Position numbers and translations under genes: made by a program. From Cyanobacteriota bacterium (lineage in GTDB: Bacteria; Cyanobacteriota; Cyanobacteriia; Cyanobacteriales; Nostocaceae): a DNA stretch of 64,000 nt. Of the stretch, positions 39,608-49,182 are shown in pieces (position 1 is the first letter of the stretch; each line of letters opens with the position of its first letter). The notes beneath the pieces were generated by a model. It was given only the letters and a program-made list of their open reading frames with translations. It made no database searches and was not told where the DNA came from. Where the stretch lies: NCBI GenBank assembly GCA_046045965.1, contig JBJOKS010000004.1, positions 64,001 to 128,000 on the forward strand. The letters run 5' to 3'.

Positions 39608-40924
39608 TTATTTCTCTTCATAAGGTAAAAGATATAAACCAGGTGGTGTATTATCATCAGGTAGAATATCTTTACTACTTTTGACATTTTCACTTTCACA
39701 TAAAACCGCAAAAGATTGTAAACTATCTAATCTCGCTAAAAGTTCGCTGAGGGTATCTAAATATTCAGCTATAGCAATTTGGCGATGTGTCCAAATTTCA
39801 TCCCATTTGCTACTATATGACATTTCAAATTCGACATCTATATTAGTTTTTTTGCGGCGAATATCTTCAGGTGATAATGTAGAATCTTGGGGAGAAATTT
39901 GGGTAATTCTTTCTACTCGTTCCGGTGTAATATGGTCTTGAAAACGAGAATGTGTAAAGCGATAAGTTGTAGATAAATAAGGGTTTTCATCTGTAATTAA
40001 TTGAGTTGCCCAATTTTGGGATATTTGTTGAAATTTATCTACTTCTATGGTTAATAATTCTCTAGCTTCTTGATGTTGTCCAATTTCTAATAATAAGTTA
40101 GCTTCTGTTGCTGTTGCTACCGCCCAACCTTGAATAGCAATATCTGTATTTAGCATTAATTCCGCGTCTAATGCTGGGGAAATTTGTAACGCTTGATTTG
40201 ATAAAAATAATCGTACTCTATTAGCAACTTTTAAAGATTCTCTAGGTGATTCGTTGGGAAATAGTTTTCTGTCGTTTAATTCGGCATTTAATGAGGCAAT
40301 TTCTTTAATTATCATTGCTTGTTGAATATGAGAAATTGCTTTAGCTAAATTTTGTTGTTTTTGGCGATTATCTTCTACTAAAAGATATAAATAGGCAAGT
40401 TGTCCAGAAATTATATCTAATCTGTTTTCTACTCTATTTAAGCCTTTTTCTAAGTTATCAAAACCTTGAGTTAATTGATTTTCAATTCTATTTAAGCCAG
40501 ATTCGAGTCGTTCAAATCCTGCTTCCATTGACTGTTGAATTTGACCTAACTTGTTTTGAATTTGATGTAATTTATAACCCATGTAAGCAAAACCAGCAAT
40601 ACTTACTCCCAGGTTTAAAACACTTGCACCAGCAGCTATTTGAGTTAATCCCATTACTGATGATAAGGTTTTTTCAATTCCCATTAATTTATGATAGGTT
40701 AATCCATGACCTATAACATCTATTCCTCCTAATACGGGGGAAAATGGAATATTTACTAATTTGTTAGTTAGTCCTGGTGTTTCTGCTAAATGGCGAACTA
40801 TTTGACCTGCTTTTTCTGTACCAGCAGCCCAGCGAATAACGCTACCATAGCGTTGCATTGAACCATTTAATAAACCTTGGATAATTTCTGGACTGTTTAA
40901 TAAAAGAGTGGTATCAATTAACAT
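39608..40924 (-). CDS. Hypothetical protein with Gly/Ala-rich hydrophobic segment and long coiled coil
   Basis: VMGLTQIAAGASVLNLGVSIAGFAYMG followed by heptad repeats; GGAG RBS upstream. Confidence 0.8.
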   Translation of the reverse strand: MLIDTTLLLNSPEIIQGLLNGSMQRYGSVIRWAAGTEKAGQIVRHLAETPGLTNKLVNIPFSPVLGGIDVIGHGLTYHKLMGIEKTLSSVMGLTQIAAGASVLNLGVSIAGFAYMGYKLHQIQNKLGQIQQSMEAGFERLESGLNRIENQLTQGFDNLEKGLNRVENRLDIISGQLAYLYLLVEDNRQKQQNLAKAISHIQQAMIIKEIASLNAELNDRKLFPNESPRESLKVANRVRLFLSNQALQISPALDAELMLNTDIAIQGWAVATATEANLLLEIGQHQEARELLTIEVDKFQQISQNWATQLITDENPYLSTTYRFTHSRFQDHITPERVERITQISPQDSTLSPEDIRRKKTNIDVEFEMSYSSKWDEIWTHRQIAIAEYLDTLSELLARLDSLQSFAVLCESENVKSSKDILPDDNTPPGLYLLPYEEK

Positions 40925-40941
40925 TTTATTATCTCCTAATT

Positions 40942-41772
40942 TTAACGATTATAAACTGCAAAATCTCCGTAGGCTTCCATTTGTAATCTAGGTGAAATGT
41001 TAAAATCAACTGTTAAATCACTTAATTTACGAAAAGCATCATATCTATCCAGTTGATTAACATTAGGTTGAAAACCTGGATCAATTCTTTTTAGTTGAAT
41101 ATAAACTAAACAAATATCATATTCTGATTCTTGTCCAGGTGATACTTGATAACGACTAATATTAGGTTGTATTGTTCTATAATCTGATTCTGAACCTGTC
41201 CATAAATATTTTGTCAGTTCATAGAGTTGTTCTCCATCATTAGAATCAATACTTCTTTTTTCTAAAATTGAATTAAGAAAATCTACTTGTGAAGCTGAAA
41301 TTACTAACACCAAAAACTGTTTAGTAATTCTTTGTACTGAAGGAGATGGAAGATTATAATCATATTTAGCAGGTCTTATTTCTAGACCACGAGTTTGTTT
41401 CTGAGGCTGTTTTTGTTTTTCATTATTAACTTTCCAAACCCAATAACCGATTGCTACAACGCCAAAAGCTATAACTACAGTAACTTTCATGTTTTCACTC
41501 CTGATATTAATTCTCTGACAAATATTATCAACCAAATAATATAATTTACTCCTTCTATTTATGAAATCTATTTTTTCCCATTCTTGATATAAATAATTAA
41601 TTAATGGTTTTATTTCAAATATATATACAGATTCATTCAAAATATAATTTTTAATATCATTATCTATTCCTAATTTACTACACCAAGCACGAACAGCAAT
41701 ATCTAGATTGTTAAGCGTGGTATTATCAGGGTGAAGTTGACTAGAAATTTCGTTGATTAATTGAAAGAACAT
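40942..41772 (-). CDS. Hypothetical single-pass membrane protein
   Basis: TM segment VTVVIAFGVVAIGYWVW followed by a basic linker and a globular C-terminal region. Confidence 0.75.
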   Translation of the reverse strand: MFFQLINEISSQLHPDNTTLNNLDIAVRAWCSKLGIDNDIKNYILNESVYIFEIKPLINYLYQEWEKIDFINRRSKLYYLVDNICQRINIRSENMKVTVVIAFGVVAIGYWVWKVNNEKQKQPQKQTRGLEIRPAKYDYNLPSPSVQRITKQFLVLVISASQVDFLNSILEKRSIDSNDGEQLYELTKYLWTGSESDYRTIQPNISRYQVSPGQESEYDICLVYIQLKRIDPGFQPNVNQLDRYDAFRKLSDLTVDFNISPRLQMEAYGDFAVYNR

Positions 41773-41870
41773 AATAAGATGTTAAACACAAAACAAAATA
41801 TAATCATTATAAATCATTCATTTGGGAATGGTCTTTATCCATTCCTGACAAATATTGAGCAAAAGCATAA

Positions 41871-44390
41871 TTAAGATTCACTAAAATCTTCTTCTAACTT
41901 TTGACAAAGTGCATTTGCTTTATCTTTTTGTAATTCAAAATCTTGCCAAAATAGTTTTTCTTGTTCAAAATTTTCCTCAATAATCCTTAACTGCTGTTCT
42001 AAAGCACGTTCAGCTAAATTAGTAATATCATTAACTGATTCCTCAAAGATGCGACTAACATAATCTAACCTTTGAAGAATCCATTTTAGTAAAATATCCC
42101 ATAAACTGCCTTTTTCTTTTGCAATTCCACTTAACCATTGTTTAGCCATTAAATCTGGAGATGGTAAAAACAATTCCACATATTCAACATCAGCAGTAAT
42201 ATCACGAGTTACTGCTTCTGTATAATTCTGAGTAACTGGCCTGCTTTTAGTTCTACTTTTTGTACTCTTAAAACAAGAACCCTCTTCATAGTATTCTGTG
42301 TAATTTTCATATTCTGTTTTAGTGCGTGTTTCATATTCTGTTTTTTGCCCAACTACCTCTTTTTTCTTAGTTTCATTTTGTTTAATGTTAGCTTCTAAAT
42401 TAAAAAAGTTCTTTGGTAAGGTTGGTAAATTCTGAGATAACTTCTTGCGTAGATCACTGATAGCTGCTTTTTCAAGGTTAATTGAAGATGCAAAAGTTTC
42501 TTCTGATAAACAGATTTTCAATCTTTTAACTTGTTCATCCACTAATGATTCTAAAGCCTGTTCAAAATCTTTAGCTTTTCCTTGGAGAAAAAACTCTGCT
42601 CTTCTTGTTATAGCTTGTCTCATACAGTGATATAACAATCTCACATGACGTTCATCATGTTCAAGTTCTTTTTTACCATTATTATCATCTGCTCTAACAC
42701 TTTTGAATAAATATTCTGATTGTGTAGAAAATTTACTCAGTCGGCGGCTAACATTATCATAAGTTTTGGCAATGTCATCAGCTAATGCAGGTGATGTCAC
42801 TTCCTGAAGTTTATCTCTTAATTCAAAAGCTCCTAAATTATTTTTTAAAGAGTCACGAACTGGAACAACTAGAACTTTAGTTAAGTCACCTTCTACTTCA
42901 TCAACTGCTTTAAAAACTTTATCAAATCCTTCAAATTTAAAACCTTTTTTTTGATAATGTTGTTTAACCTTAATAGGAGCTTGAGGATCATTTGTTTTCA
43001 AAAATCCTATTAATTTCTCAACTTCTGAACTAAACTCTTTGCCTATTTTATTGATATTTGCTTGTAAATCTTGACGAATTTTAGCTATTTTTTCTTTTTC
43101 TAATTCAACCTGTTCCTGATTATAAATTTTTCGAGTTTGAATCAGAACCTCTAATACCTGTGATAAAGCCGAATAATTTTCAAATACTTCTACTAATGCA
43201 GGAAATATTACTAACTTATCAAATGATTCTTCTACTCTGATCTGAAAACGTCGCCATAGTTCCTTACCTCCACTCCATTCTAAAGCATAGAGTAGAATTT
43301 GTAACATAGTTTCATCATTAACAGCAATTCCTTGAGATACCTGTCTTCTAATATCTCGAAACCAGTCCTCTAAATCCCAGTCATTTTCAGTATGTTCTGC
43401 TAAAATATTTGCACAGTCTTTAAACATAAATCTCAACAATTCTAATCTTGTCTTTTGCTTAACTTTTGATGGTTGATTTAAAGCACCAGCACCCCAAGCA
43501 CATTGGGCATAATATAAAAGACGAGCATTAAAAGGTAAAACATCTGGCAGTTCAGGAAGTGATAAAACTTCTTTAATTTCTGCTCTTAACTTATTAATTC
43601 TCACATCCAAAGGTAAATCATCAGCACCACGTTGATCAACTCGATTTAAAATAAAAATCATCGAGTCTGTACGCCCTTGTAAATATTCAACTACCTTTTT
43701 TAATTCTTCTAATAATCGTTTTCTATGACTATCATCAACCTGCATATAGTCCAAAGCAACTAAACTAAAAGCCTTATTAACTTGCTGTTGAATAGTTGCC
43801 AAATTAGTCCGATCTTGTACTGATTTTAAACCAGGTAAATCAATTAATTCTACCCCTATTCCTGGAGGTAAACCTAATAAATTAGGATCACAAGCTGGTA
43901 ATAAACTCACATAAGCTGTTATTTGGGGTGCTACATATTCGCGTTTTTGTCTTGCTTCATGATAGGAGTGCATGACTGAACGAATACGTTGATATAAATC
44001 ATCATCACTTAATCCCGTCCATTCTCCAGTTTCCCAAGCTGCATCTTGGGTTTTTTCAATAATTAATTTTGACTCTGAAGAATGTTTGAGTGTTAAAACT
44101 CCTCCACTCATTTCTCCTGCTTCTATGGGGGCAATTTTTCGCCCTATTAAAGCATTAACTATGGTTGATTTTCCAGAGGATGTTGTACCAATGGTAGCTA
44201 TACGAAAACTGGGATTTTCTAATCTTTCTACTGCTTCTTCAAAAGCATCTAAAAAACCATCTAAAGCTGATTTAATTCCCGGATCTGCAAATACATCAGG
44301 AGAGGAATTAACTAAATTAGCAATTGAGTTACCTAATTCGTTTAATAAAGTGCGAGCGTTGTTTAATTTGGCATCAATATTCATTACCAT
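41871..44390 (-). CDS. Bacterial dynamin-like GTPase
   Basis: G1 GTTSSGKSTIVNALIG, G3 LIDLPG, G4 ILNRVD, extensive helical trunk. Confidence 0.88.
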   Translation of the reverse strand: MVMNIDAKLNNARTLLNELGNSIANLVNSSPDVFADPGIKSALDGFLDAFEEAVERLENPSFRIATIGTTSSGKSTIVNALIGRKIAPIEAGEMSGGVLTLKHSSESKLIIEKTQDAAWETGEWTGLSDDDLYQRIRSVMHSYHEARQKREYVAPQITAYVSLLPACDPNLLGLPPGIGVELIDLPGLKSVQDRTNLATIQQQVNKAFSLVALDYMQVDDSHRKRLLEELKKVVEYLQGRTDSMIFILNRVDQRGADDLPLDVRINKLRAEIKEVLSLPELPDVLPFNARLLYYAQCAWGAGALNQPSKVKQKTRLELLRFMFKDCANILAEHTENDWDLEDWFRDIRRQVSQGIAVNDETMLQILLYALEWSGGKELWRRFQIRVEESFDKLVIFPALVEVFENYSALSQVLEVLIQTRKIYNQEQVELEKEKIAKIRQDLQANINKIGKEFSSEVEKLIGFLKTNDPQAPIKVKQHYQKKGFKFEGFDKVFKAVDEVEGDLTKVLVVPVRDSLKNNLGAFELRDKLQEVTSPALADDIAKTYDNVSRRLSKFSTQSEYLFKSVRADDNNGKKELEHDERHVRLLYHCMRQAITRRAEFFLQGKAKDFEQALESLVDEQVKRLKICLSEETFASSINLEKAAISDLRKKLSQNLPTLPKNFFNLEANIKQNETKKKEVVGQKTEYETRTKTEYENYTEYYEEGSCFKSTKSRTKSRPVTQNYTEAVTRDITADVEYVELFLPSPDLMAKQWLSGIAKEKGSLWDILLKWILQRLDYVSRIFEESVNDITNLAERALEQQLRIIEENFEQEKLFWQDFELQKDKANALCQKLEEDFSES

Positions 44391-44647
44391 TGAGTTTACC
44401 TTTTAATAATCTTGGTTGATGAGGTGTAATAAAAAGCAGATTTAGATAATGGTTTAAATCAAGGATGTAAACAGATTAGACTAAAAATATAAGCAAGATT
44501 GAAAACACGGATACGAGTAATACCCTTGCAATACTAAATATCATAACTAGGTTTAAGTGTGATTGTAAATACTTATTTGGTGAATTTTTTGATAATTTTG
44601 TTAAAAGAAATACATAAAGATTAAACTTTTTTAATAATCCAATAATC

Positions 44648-44695
44648 CAGGGAATAAATTCCCTGTCTAAAAGCTCAAGTCGGTTAAAACTGACT
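44648..44695. repeat. Double-hairpin REP-like element
   Basis: CAGGGAAT-aa-ATTCCCTG and AGTCGGTT-aa-AACTGACT. Confidence 0.55.
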
Positions 44696-44819
44696 AGAAT
44701 CTAAGGTAATTTACTATTTAACAATCACATCCTGAAAATCCTTAAATCCTGGAAATCCTGATTCAAACAATTAATAATTTATAATTAATCTAACTATAAC
44801 TTTTCAAAAGGTAAGAGTT

Positions 44820-45059
44820 ATGAACCGATGGGAAAATTTAGATGCTATAGAAAGACAACCTGATAAAGTAAGTGGTGCATGGGTATTTCGAGGAACAAGA
44901 GTTCCCGTTGCTGCATTATTTGAAAATTTGCGTGATGGTGCAACAGTAGATGAATTTTTGGAATGGTTTCCACCTGTACAAAGATCACAAGTTGATAAAA
45001 TTTGTTCTATTATCAATGCAACTGAGCTTGGTGATTATCAAGAAATTACCATAATCTAA
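44820..45059 (+). CDS. DUF433 family protein (antitoxin-like); C-terminus possibly degraded
   Basis: IERQPDKVSGAWVFRGTRVPVAALFENLRDGATVDEFLEWFP. Confidence 0.85.
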   Translation: MNRWENLDAIERQPDKVSGAWVFRGTRVPVAALFENLRDGATVDEFLEWFPPVQRSQVDKICSIINATELGDYQEITII

Positions 45060-45395
45060 AAAGTTAAATTCATTGATAAAATGATGACCTTACCACCACC
45101 ATTACAAACAGAGTTCAACCAGAAGTTAGAACAGCATGAAAAGGAGTTAAATATGCCTTTTATCAGTCCTATTGAAGAAATAGCAGAAGAAAAAGGTGCT
45201 AGAAAAAACAGCCAAAACAATATTATCAAAATCCTCGCCAACAGATTTAATAATGTTCCAGAATTGATGAGCAATTCCATCAAAGAAATCGAAGATATGT
45301 CTATTCTGGAAAATCTACTTTTATCGAGTATTAGTGTTAATTGATTGGAGGAATTGCAAAAGTTAATTGATGCAGAATTACAGCAAAATCAATGA
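45060..45395 (+). pseudogene. Remnant of an Rpn/YadD-like (DUF4351-type C-terminus) protein
   Basis: KFIDKMMTLPPPLQTEF...MPFISPIEEIAEEKG...ILANRF...ISVN*LEELQKLI; no N-terminus and an in-frame TGA at 45342. Confidence 0.65.
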
Positions 45396-45493
45396 TATTA
45401 GATCCCTGATTTCTTCTATCATGAGGAAGTCAGGGATTTATCAAAATCCTCATCTTGTAAATCCTTACATCCTGGATATCCTGATTCTGACAA

Positions 45494-45661
45494 TTATGAT
45501 TGTTCTGAATTATCATCTTCATCAGTCTTTTTCATTCCCTCTTGAAAATTCTTGAGGCTTTTTCCTAAAACTCCCCCCAACTCAGGAATTTTCTTGGGTC
45601 CAAAAATCAAAATTGCTACTATGGCAATGATCACTACTTCCGGCCATCCTAATCCAAACAT
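45494..45661 (-). CDS. tatA: Twin-arginine translocase TatA/E subunit
   Basis: MFGLGWPEVVIIAIVAILIFGPKKIPELG. Confidence 0.95.
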   Translation of the reverse strand: MFGLGWPEVVIIAIVAILIFGPKKIPELGGVLGKSLKNFQEGMKKTDEDDNSEQS

Positions 45662-45723
45662 ATCATCTTCCTCTTGACTCACTTTAGATTAACTATACAA
45701 TTTATTCCGTCCTAATTTGTAAA

Positions 45724-47133
45724 TTACGATTTAATATCATAACTTATTTCTATGCCTAACCAATTACTTAATTCATGAGCCAACCATTCTAATTCAGTTT
45801 CCGACTTAATTACATCTGCATCAACAGTTATTTCAAATTTTTCTACACCTGCGAAAATTACTAATTTTGGTTTAACTTCAACCTTATCTCCTTCACTATC
45901 TATTTTAAAATATTTGGGTGTAAAAAGCAATTTATTAATGTTTTCTTTGGGTGCAGAAGTACGGTTAATTTTCATTCCCCACAGATAATCACTACGGGAT
46001 ATTTGGTTCTGATTTATGCTGATTTTCAAACTACCAAACAGGAGAAAAAATATAAAATATATCATAATAAACCCCACACCCCAGAATGGTAGTAAAAATA
46101 AAGTCAGGATGATATTTAGAGGAAAAGAACCAGCAAGAACACTAGAAGTCCAAAATAAAACGAATGAGTTCCAACCTACTGTAAATGGAATCAACAATAA
46201 GATAATTGGGTGAACGCCCAAAGCCGGAATAGTAATTTCTAAAGATTCATCATTTTTAATTAATTTAATTTTACTACCTGCTGGTTTAGCAATCGTTAAA
46301 TTTGTAATCTCAGTATTTTCTGGTTTTTCTAAAGCTGTGAGTGCTTCTTTTGCAGATGTAAACCGCTTTGCTAAATCTGGTTCTATCATCTTTTTTAACC
46401 AGTTAGTAAAGCTCGGACTAAGATTTGCAACTTGCTCAAATTGTATGCGAAAATCTTTTTGTGGTAAGTCTGCTGGTTGAGTACCTGTGATTAAATAAAT
46501 TAATGTGCATCCTAAACTATACAGGTCAGAAGCAGGAACTGTACGCCCTCCAAATTGTTCTTGTGGCATATAACCATAAGTCCCTACAATAGTTCTTGTA
46601 CCTGTTTCTGCGGCTAAAATGGTTTGCACAGAACCAAAATCTACTAAATAAACTTTTCCCACACTATTGCCAGATCGCTCTCCTAACAAAATATTGCTAG
46701 GCTTAATATCACGGTGGATCACTGGTGGATGTAATTCATGGAGATAAACTAAAATTTCTAAAATGGCTTTAGCTATCTCTTTAACTTCACTTTCTGTAAA
46801 AGTCCTGCCAGTTTGTAGGTATTGTTCTAGGGTTTTGGCGGCAATATAAGATTGAATGAGGGCAAATCCTTGATAATTAGCGGATTTTACCTCAAAATAG
46901 TCGAGATAGTCAGGTATGGATGGGTGGGATAAAGAGTTTAACGTTTCGGCTTCCCGTTCAAACAGTTTGAGATCATCCCATTCAAAGTCACTACCGAAAG
47001 AAAGTAACTTGACAATTACCAAGTCATTGTTTACCACATCACGGGCTAAAAAAGTTCTTCGTCCTGACTTTTTACCTAACTGCTGTTGAACTTCGTACCT
47101 TTGATTTAATACTTCCCTATTCATCATAATCAC
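45724..47133 (-). CDS. Ser/Thr protein kinase with C-terminal membrane domain
   Basis: HRDIKPSN, DFG and GTYGYMPQE motifs; two C-terminal TM helices. Confidence 0.93.
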   Translation of the reverse strand: MIMMNREVLNQRYEVQQQLGKKSGRRTFLARDVVNNDLVIVKLLSFGSDFEWDDLKLFEREAETLNSLSHPSIPDYLDYFEVKSANYQGFALIQSYIAAKTLEQYLQTGRTFTESEVKEIAKAILEILVYLHELHPPVIHRDIKPSNILLGERSGNSVGKVYLVDFGSVQTILAAETGTRTIVGTYGYMPQEQFGGRTVPASDLYSLGCTLIYLITGTQPADLPQKDFRIQFEQVANLSPSFTNWLKKMIEPDLAKRFTSAKEALTALEKPENTEITNLTIAKPAGSKIKLIKNDESLEITIPALGVHPIILLLIPFTVGWNSFVLFWTSSVLAGSFPLNIILTLFLLPFWGVGFIMIYFIFFLLFGSLKISINQNQISRSDYLWGMKINRTSAPKENINKLLFTPKYFKIDSEGDKVEVKPKLVIFAGVEKFEITVDADVIKSETELEWLAHELSNWLGIEISYDIKS

Positions 47134-47327
47134 TTATAGGGTTATGTTGTTAAACTTTCTCTAGTTTATTCTTGTTTACTCACTTTAGCCAGTAGTAAAA
47201 ATTTGCTGTTTGGGGTGTAGGGGAGATATCAAGTCAAAAAACAGGGAACAGGAACAGGGATATAGATATTTTTCTTCTGACTCCTGACTCCTGACTCCTC
47301 CTGATAATTTTTAATTTTTAATTGCTT

Positions 47328-47930
47328 ATGCCTTCTCAACTTTGGCCGTATATTACCCCTGGTATTCCTGATGACTTGTTTGAGAATTTGCCCGGTATAC
47401 CTTTAAGTCAGCGAGAATTAAGATTGTTGTTAATTTCCCAACTGCGACTTAAACCAGACTCGGTTTTGTGGGATATTGGTGCAGGGACAGGTACAATTCC
47501 TGTGGAAGTTGGTCTACTGTGTCCACAAGGAAGGGTTATCGCTGTAGAACGAGATGAAGATGTAGCCAAGTTAATTAAACGTAATTGCGATCGCTTTGAG
47601 GTCAAAAATGTAAAAGTGATCGAAGGTAGCGCCCCAGAGTGTTTACATGATATTCAACCAACTCCTGACCGTGTGTGTATAGAAGGGGGAAAAGCTATCC
47701 AGGACATTTTACAAGCTGTCTGGCTTTATTTACCTTTATCCGGTCGAGTTGTCGCTACAGCTGCTAATCTAGAGAGTCTGTATGCTATTTCCCAAAGCTT
47801 TTCTCACTTAAGAGCTAGAAATATTGAAGTTGTACAGTCTGCGGTTAACCGCTTAGAAACACGTGGTTTTTCTCAAACCTTTGTTGCTGCTGATCCCATT
47901 TTTATTCTCAGTGGTGAGAAACTAGACTAA
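47328..47930 (+). CDS. cbiT: Cobalt-precorrin-6B C15-methyltransferase (decarboxylating)
   Basis: TPGIPDDLF, WDIGAGTGTIPVE, EGSAPECL, PDRVCIEGG. Confidence 0.9.
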   Translation: MPSQLWPYITPGIPDDLFENLPGIPLSQRELRLLLISQLRLKPDSVLWDIGAGTGTIPVEVGLLCPQGRVIAVERDEDVAKLIKRNCDRFEVKNVKVIEGSAPECLHDIQPTPDRVCIEGGKAIQDILQAVWLYLPLSGRVVATAANLESLYAISQSFSHLRARNIEVVQSAVNRLETRGFSQTFVAADPIFILSGEKLD

Positions 47931-48211
47931 ACAATTAAAAATTAAAAATTAAAAATTAAAAATGATGGCCTGGACATGGGTAAAAGAAGCGAAAGGGTAT
48001 AGGGAAGGGGAAAAATTTCTCTTCCTTGCTATTAGGCTTTTTATGACTCAGCTTTTCCTGAACTTGAGATTGGTAATTTTTGATTTGGGATTGCAGCCAC
48101 AATCTTCAATAAACTGTTACGCTTTCAATTTGTACTCTATTGGTGGTCATGATTTCAACTGTGACTAAATTTCCTCATTTTTAATTTTGCATTGTTAATT
48201 TTTAATTGCTT

Positions 48212-49099
48212 ATGCCTTGGTCTCGAATTATTAGTGGAATTATTGCGATCGCCCTTGCTTTGTCTTCAACCCTTTTGGGGGGTTGGTATTTCACCATAGC
48301 TATTGCGATCGTTGTATTTTTAGGTCAACAAGAATATTTTAATTTAGTTCGAGCCAGAGGCATAGCTCCTGCTGCCAAAACTACCATATTTGTCAGTTTA
48401 ATTTTATTAGCTATTTGTACTCTTGAAAGCAGTTTAGCGGATGCGCTCATGCCTATAGCCGGAACTTTTATTTGTTTTTACCTACTGTTTCAACCTAAAT
48501 TTGCTACCATTGCTGATATTTCCGCTTCTATTATGGGGCTATTTTATGTCGGTTACTTACCAAGTTACTGGGTACGGTTGCGAAATCTCAATAGTACAAA
48601 TATTATTAGCAATCTTCCCTTTGGGGGTTTTTGGCCTAACAACTGGAATGAAATTTTCACCCAGGGAAATGCAGATGCTTTACCACAAGGTTTAACATTG
48701 ACAATTTTAACTTTTTTATGTATTTGGGCTGCTGATATTGGTGCTTATATCTTTGGTAAGTTCTTTGGTAAAACCCCTTTATCAAATATCAGTCCGAAAA
48801 AAACTGTAGAAGGTGCCGTTTTTGGCATCACAGGCAGCGTTATAGTAGCCATAGCCGGAGCTTATTTTCTGCATTTTCCCTACTCTTTAATTACTGGTTT
48901 AACCTTGGGTTTATTGATTGGAATTGCTAGTCTTTTAGGTGATCTAACTGAATCTATGTTAAAACGAGATGCAGGAGTAAAAGACTCAGGACAATTGATC
49001 CCCGGTCACGGTGGTATATTAGATCGCACTGATAGTTATATTTTTACTGCCCCTTTGGTTTACTATTTTGTAACGCTGATTTTACCTTTACTAAGGTAA
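48212..49099 (+). CDS. cdsA: Phosphatidate cytidylyltransferase
   Basis: ISPKKTVEG, GDLTESMLKRDAGVKDSGQLIPGHGGILDRTDS. Confidence 0.97.
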   Translation: MPWSRIISGIIAIALALSSTLLGGWYFTIAIAIVVFLGQQEYFNLVRARGIAPAAKTTIFVSLILLAICTLESSLADALMPIAGTFICFYLLFQPKFATIADISASIMGLFYVGYLPSYWVRLRNLNSTNIISNLPFGGFWPNNWNEIFTQGNADALPQGLTLTILTFLCIWAADIGAYIFGKFFGKTPLSNISPKKTVEGAVFGITGSVIVAIAGAYFLHFPYSLITGLTLGLLIGIASLLGDLTESMLKRDAGVKDSGQLIPGHGGILDRTDSYIFTAPLVYYFVTLILPLLR

Positions 49100-49182
49100 T
49101 TGGTAATTGGTAATTGGGTTATGAACCTCCCCTGCTTCCCCTGCTTCCCCAGTAAAGAGTCCCCAGTAAAGAGTCCCCAAAA

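Noticed and set aside
38330..45493. Prophage or heterocyst excision element
   Set aside because: No integrase or recombinase, no phage genes, and no interrupted host gene or att-like repeats were seen
47962..48168. 68-aa ORF between cbiT and cdsA
   Set aside because: It lies between repeat arrays and has no RBS or recognisable motif
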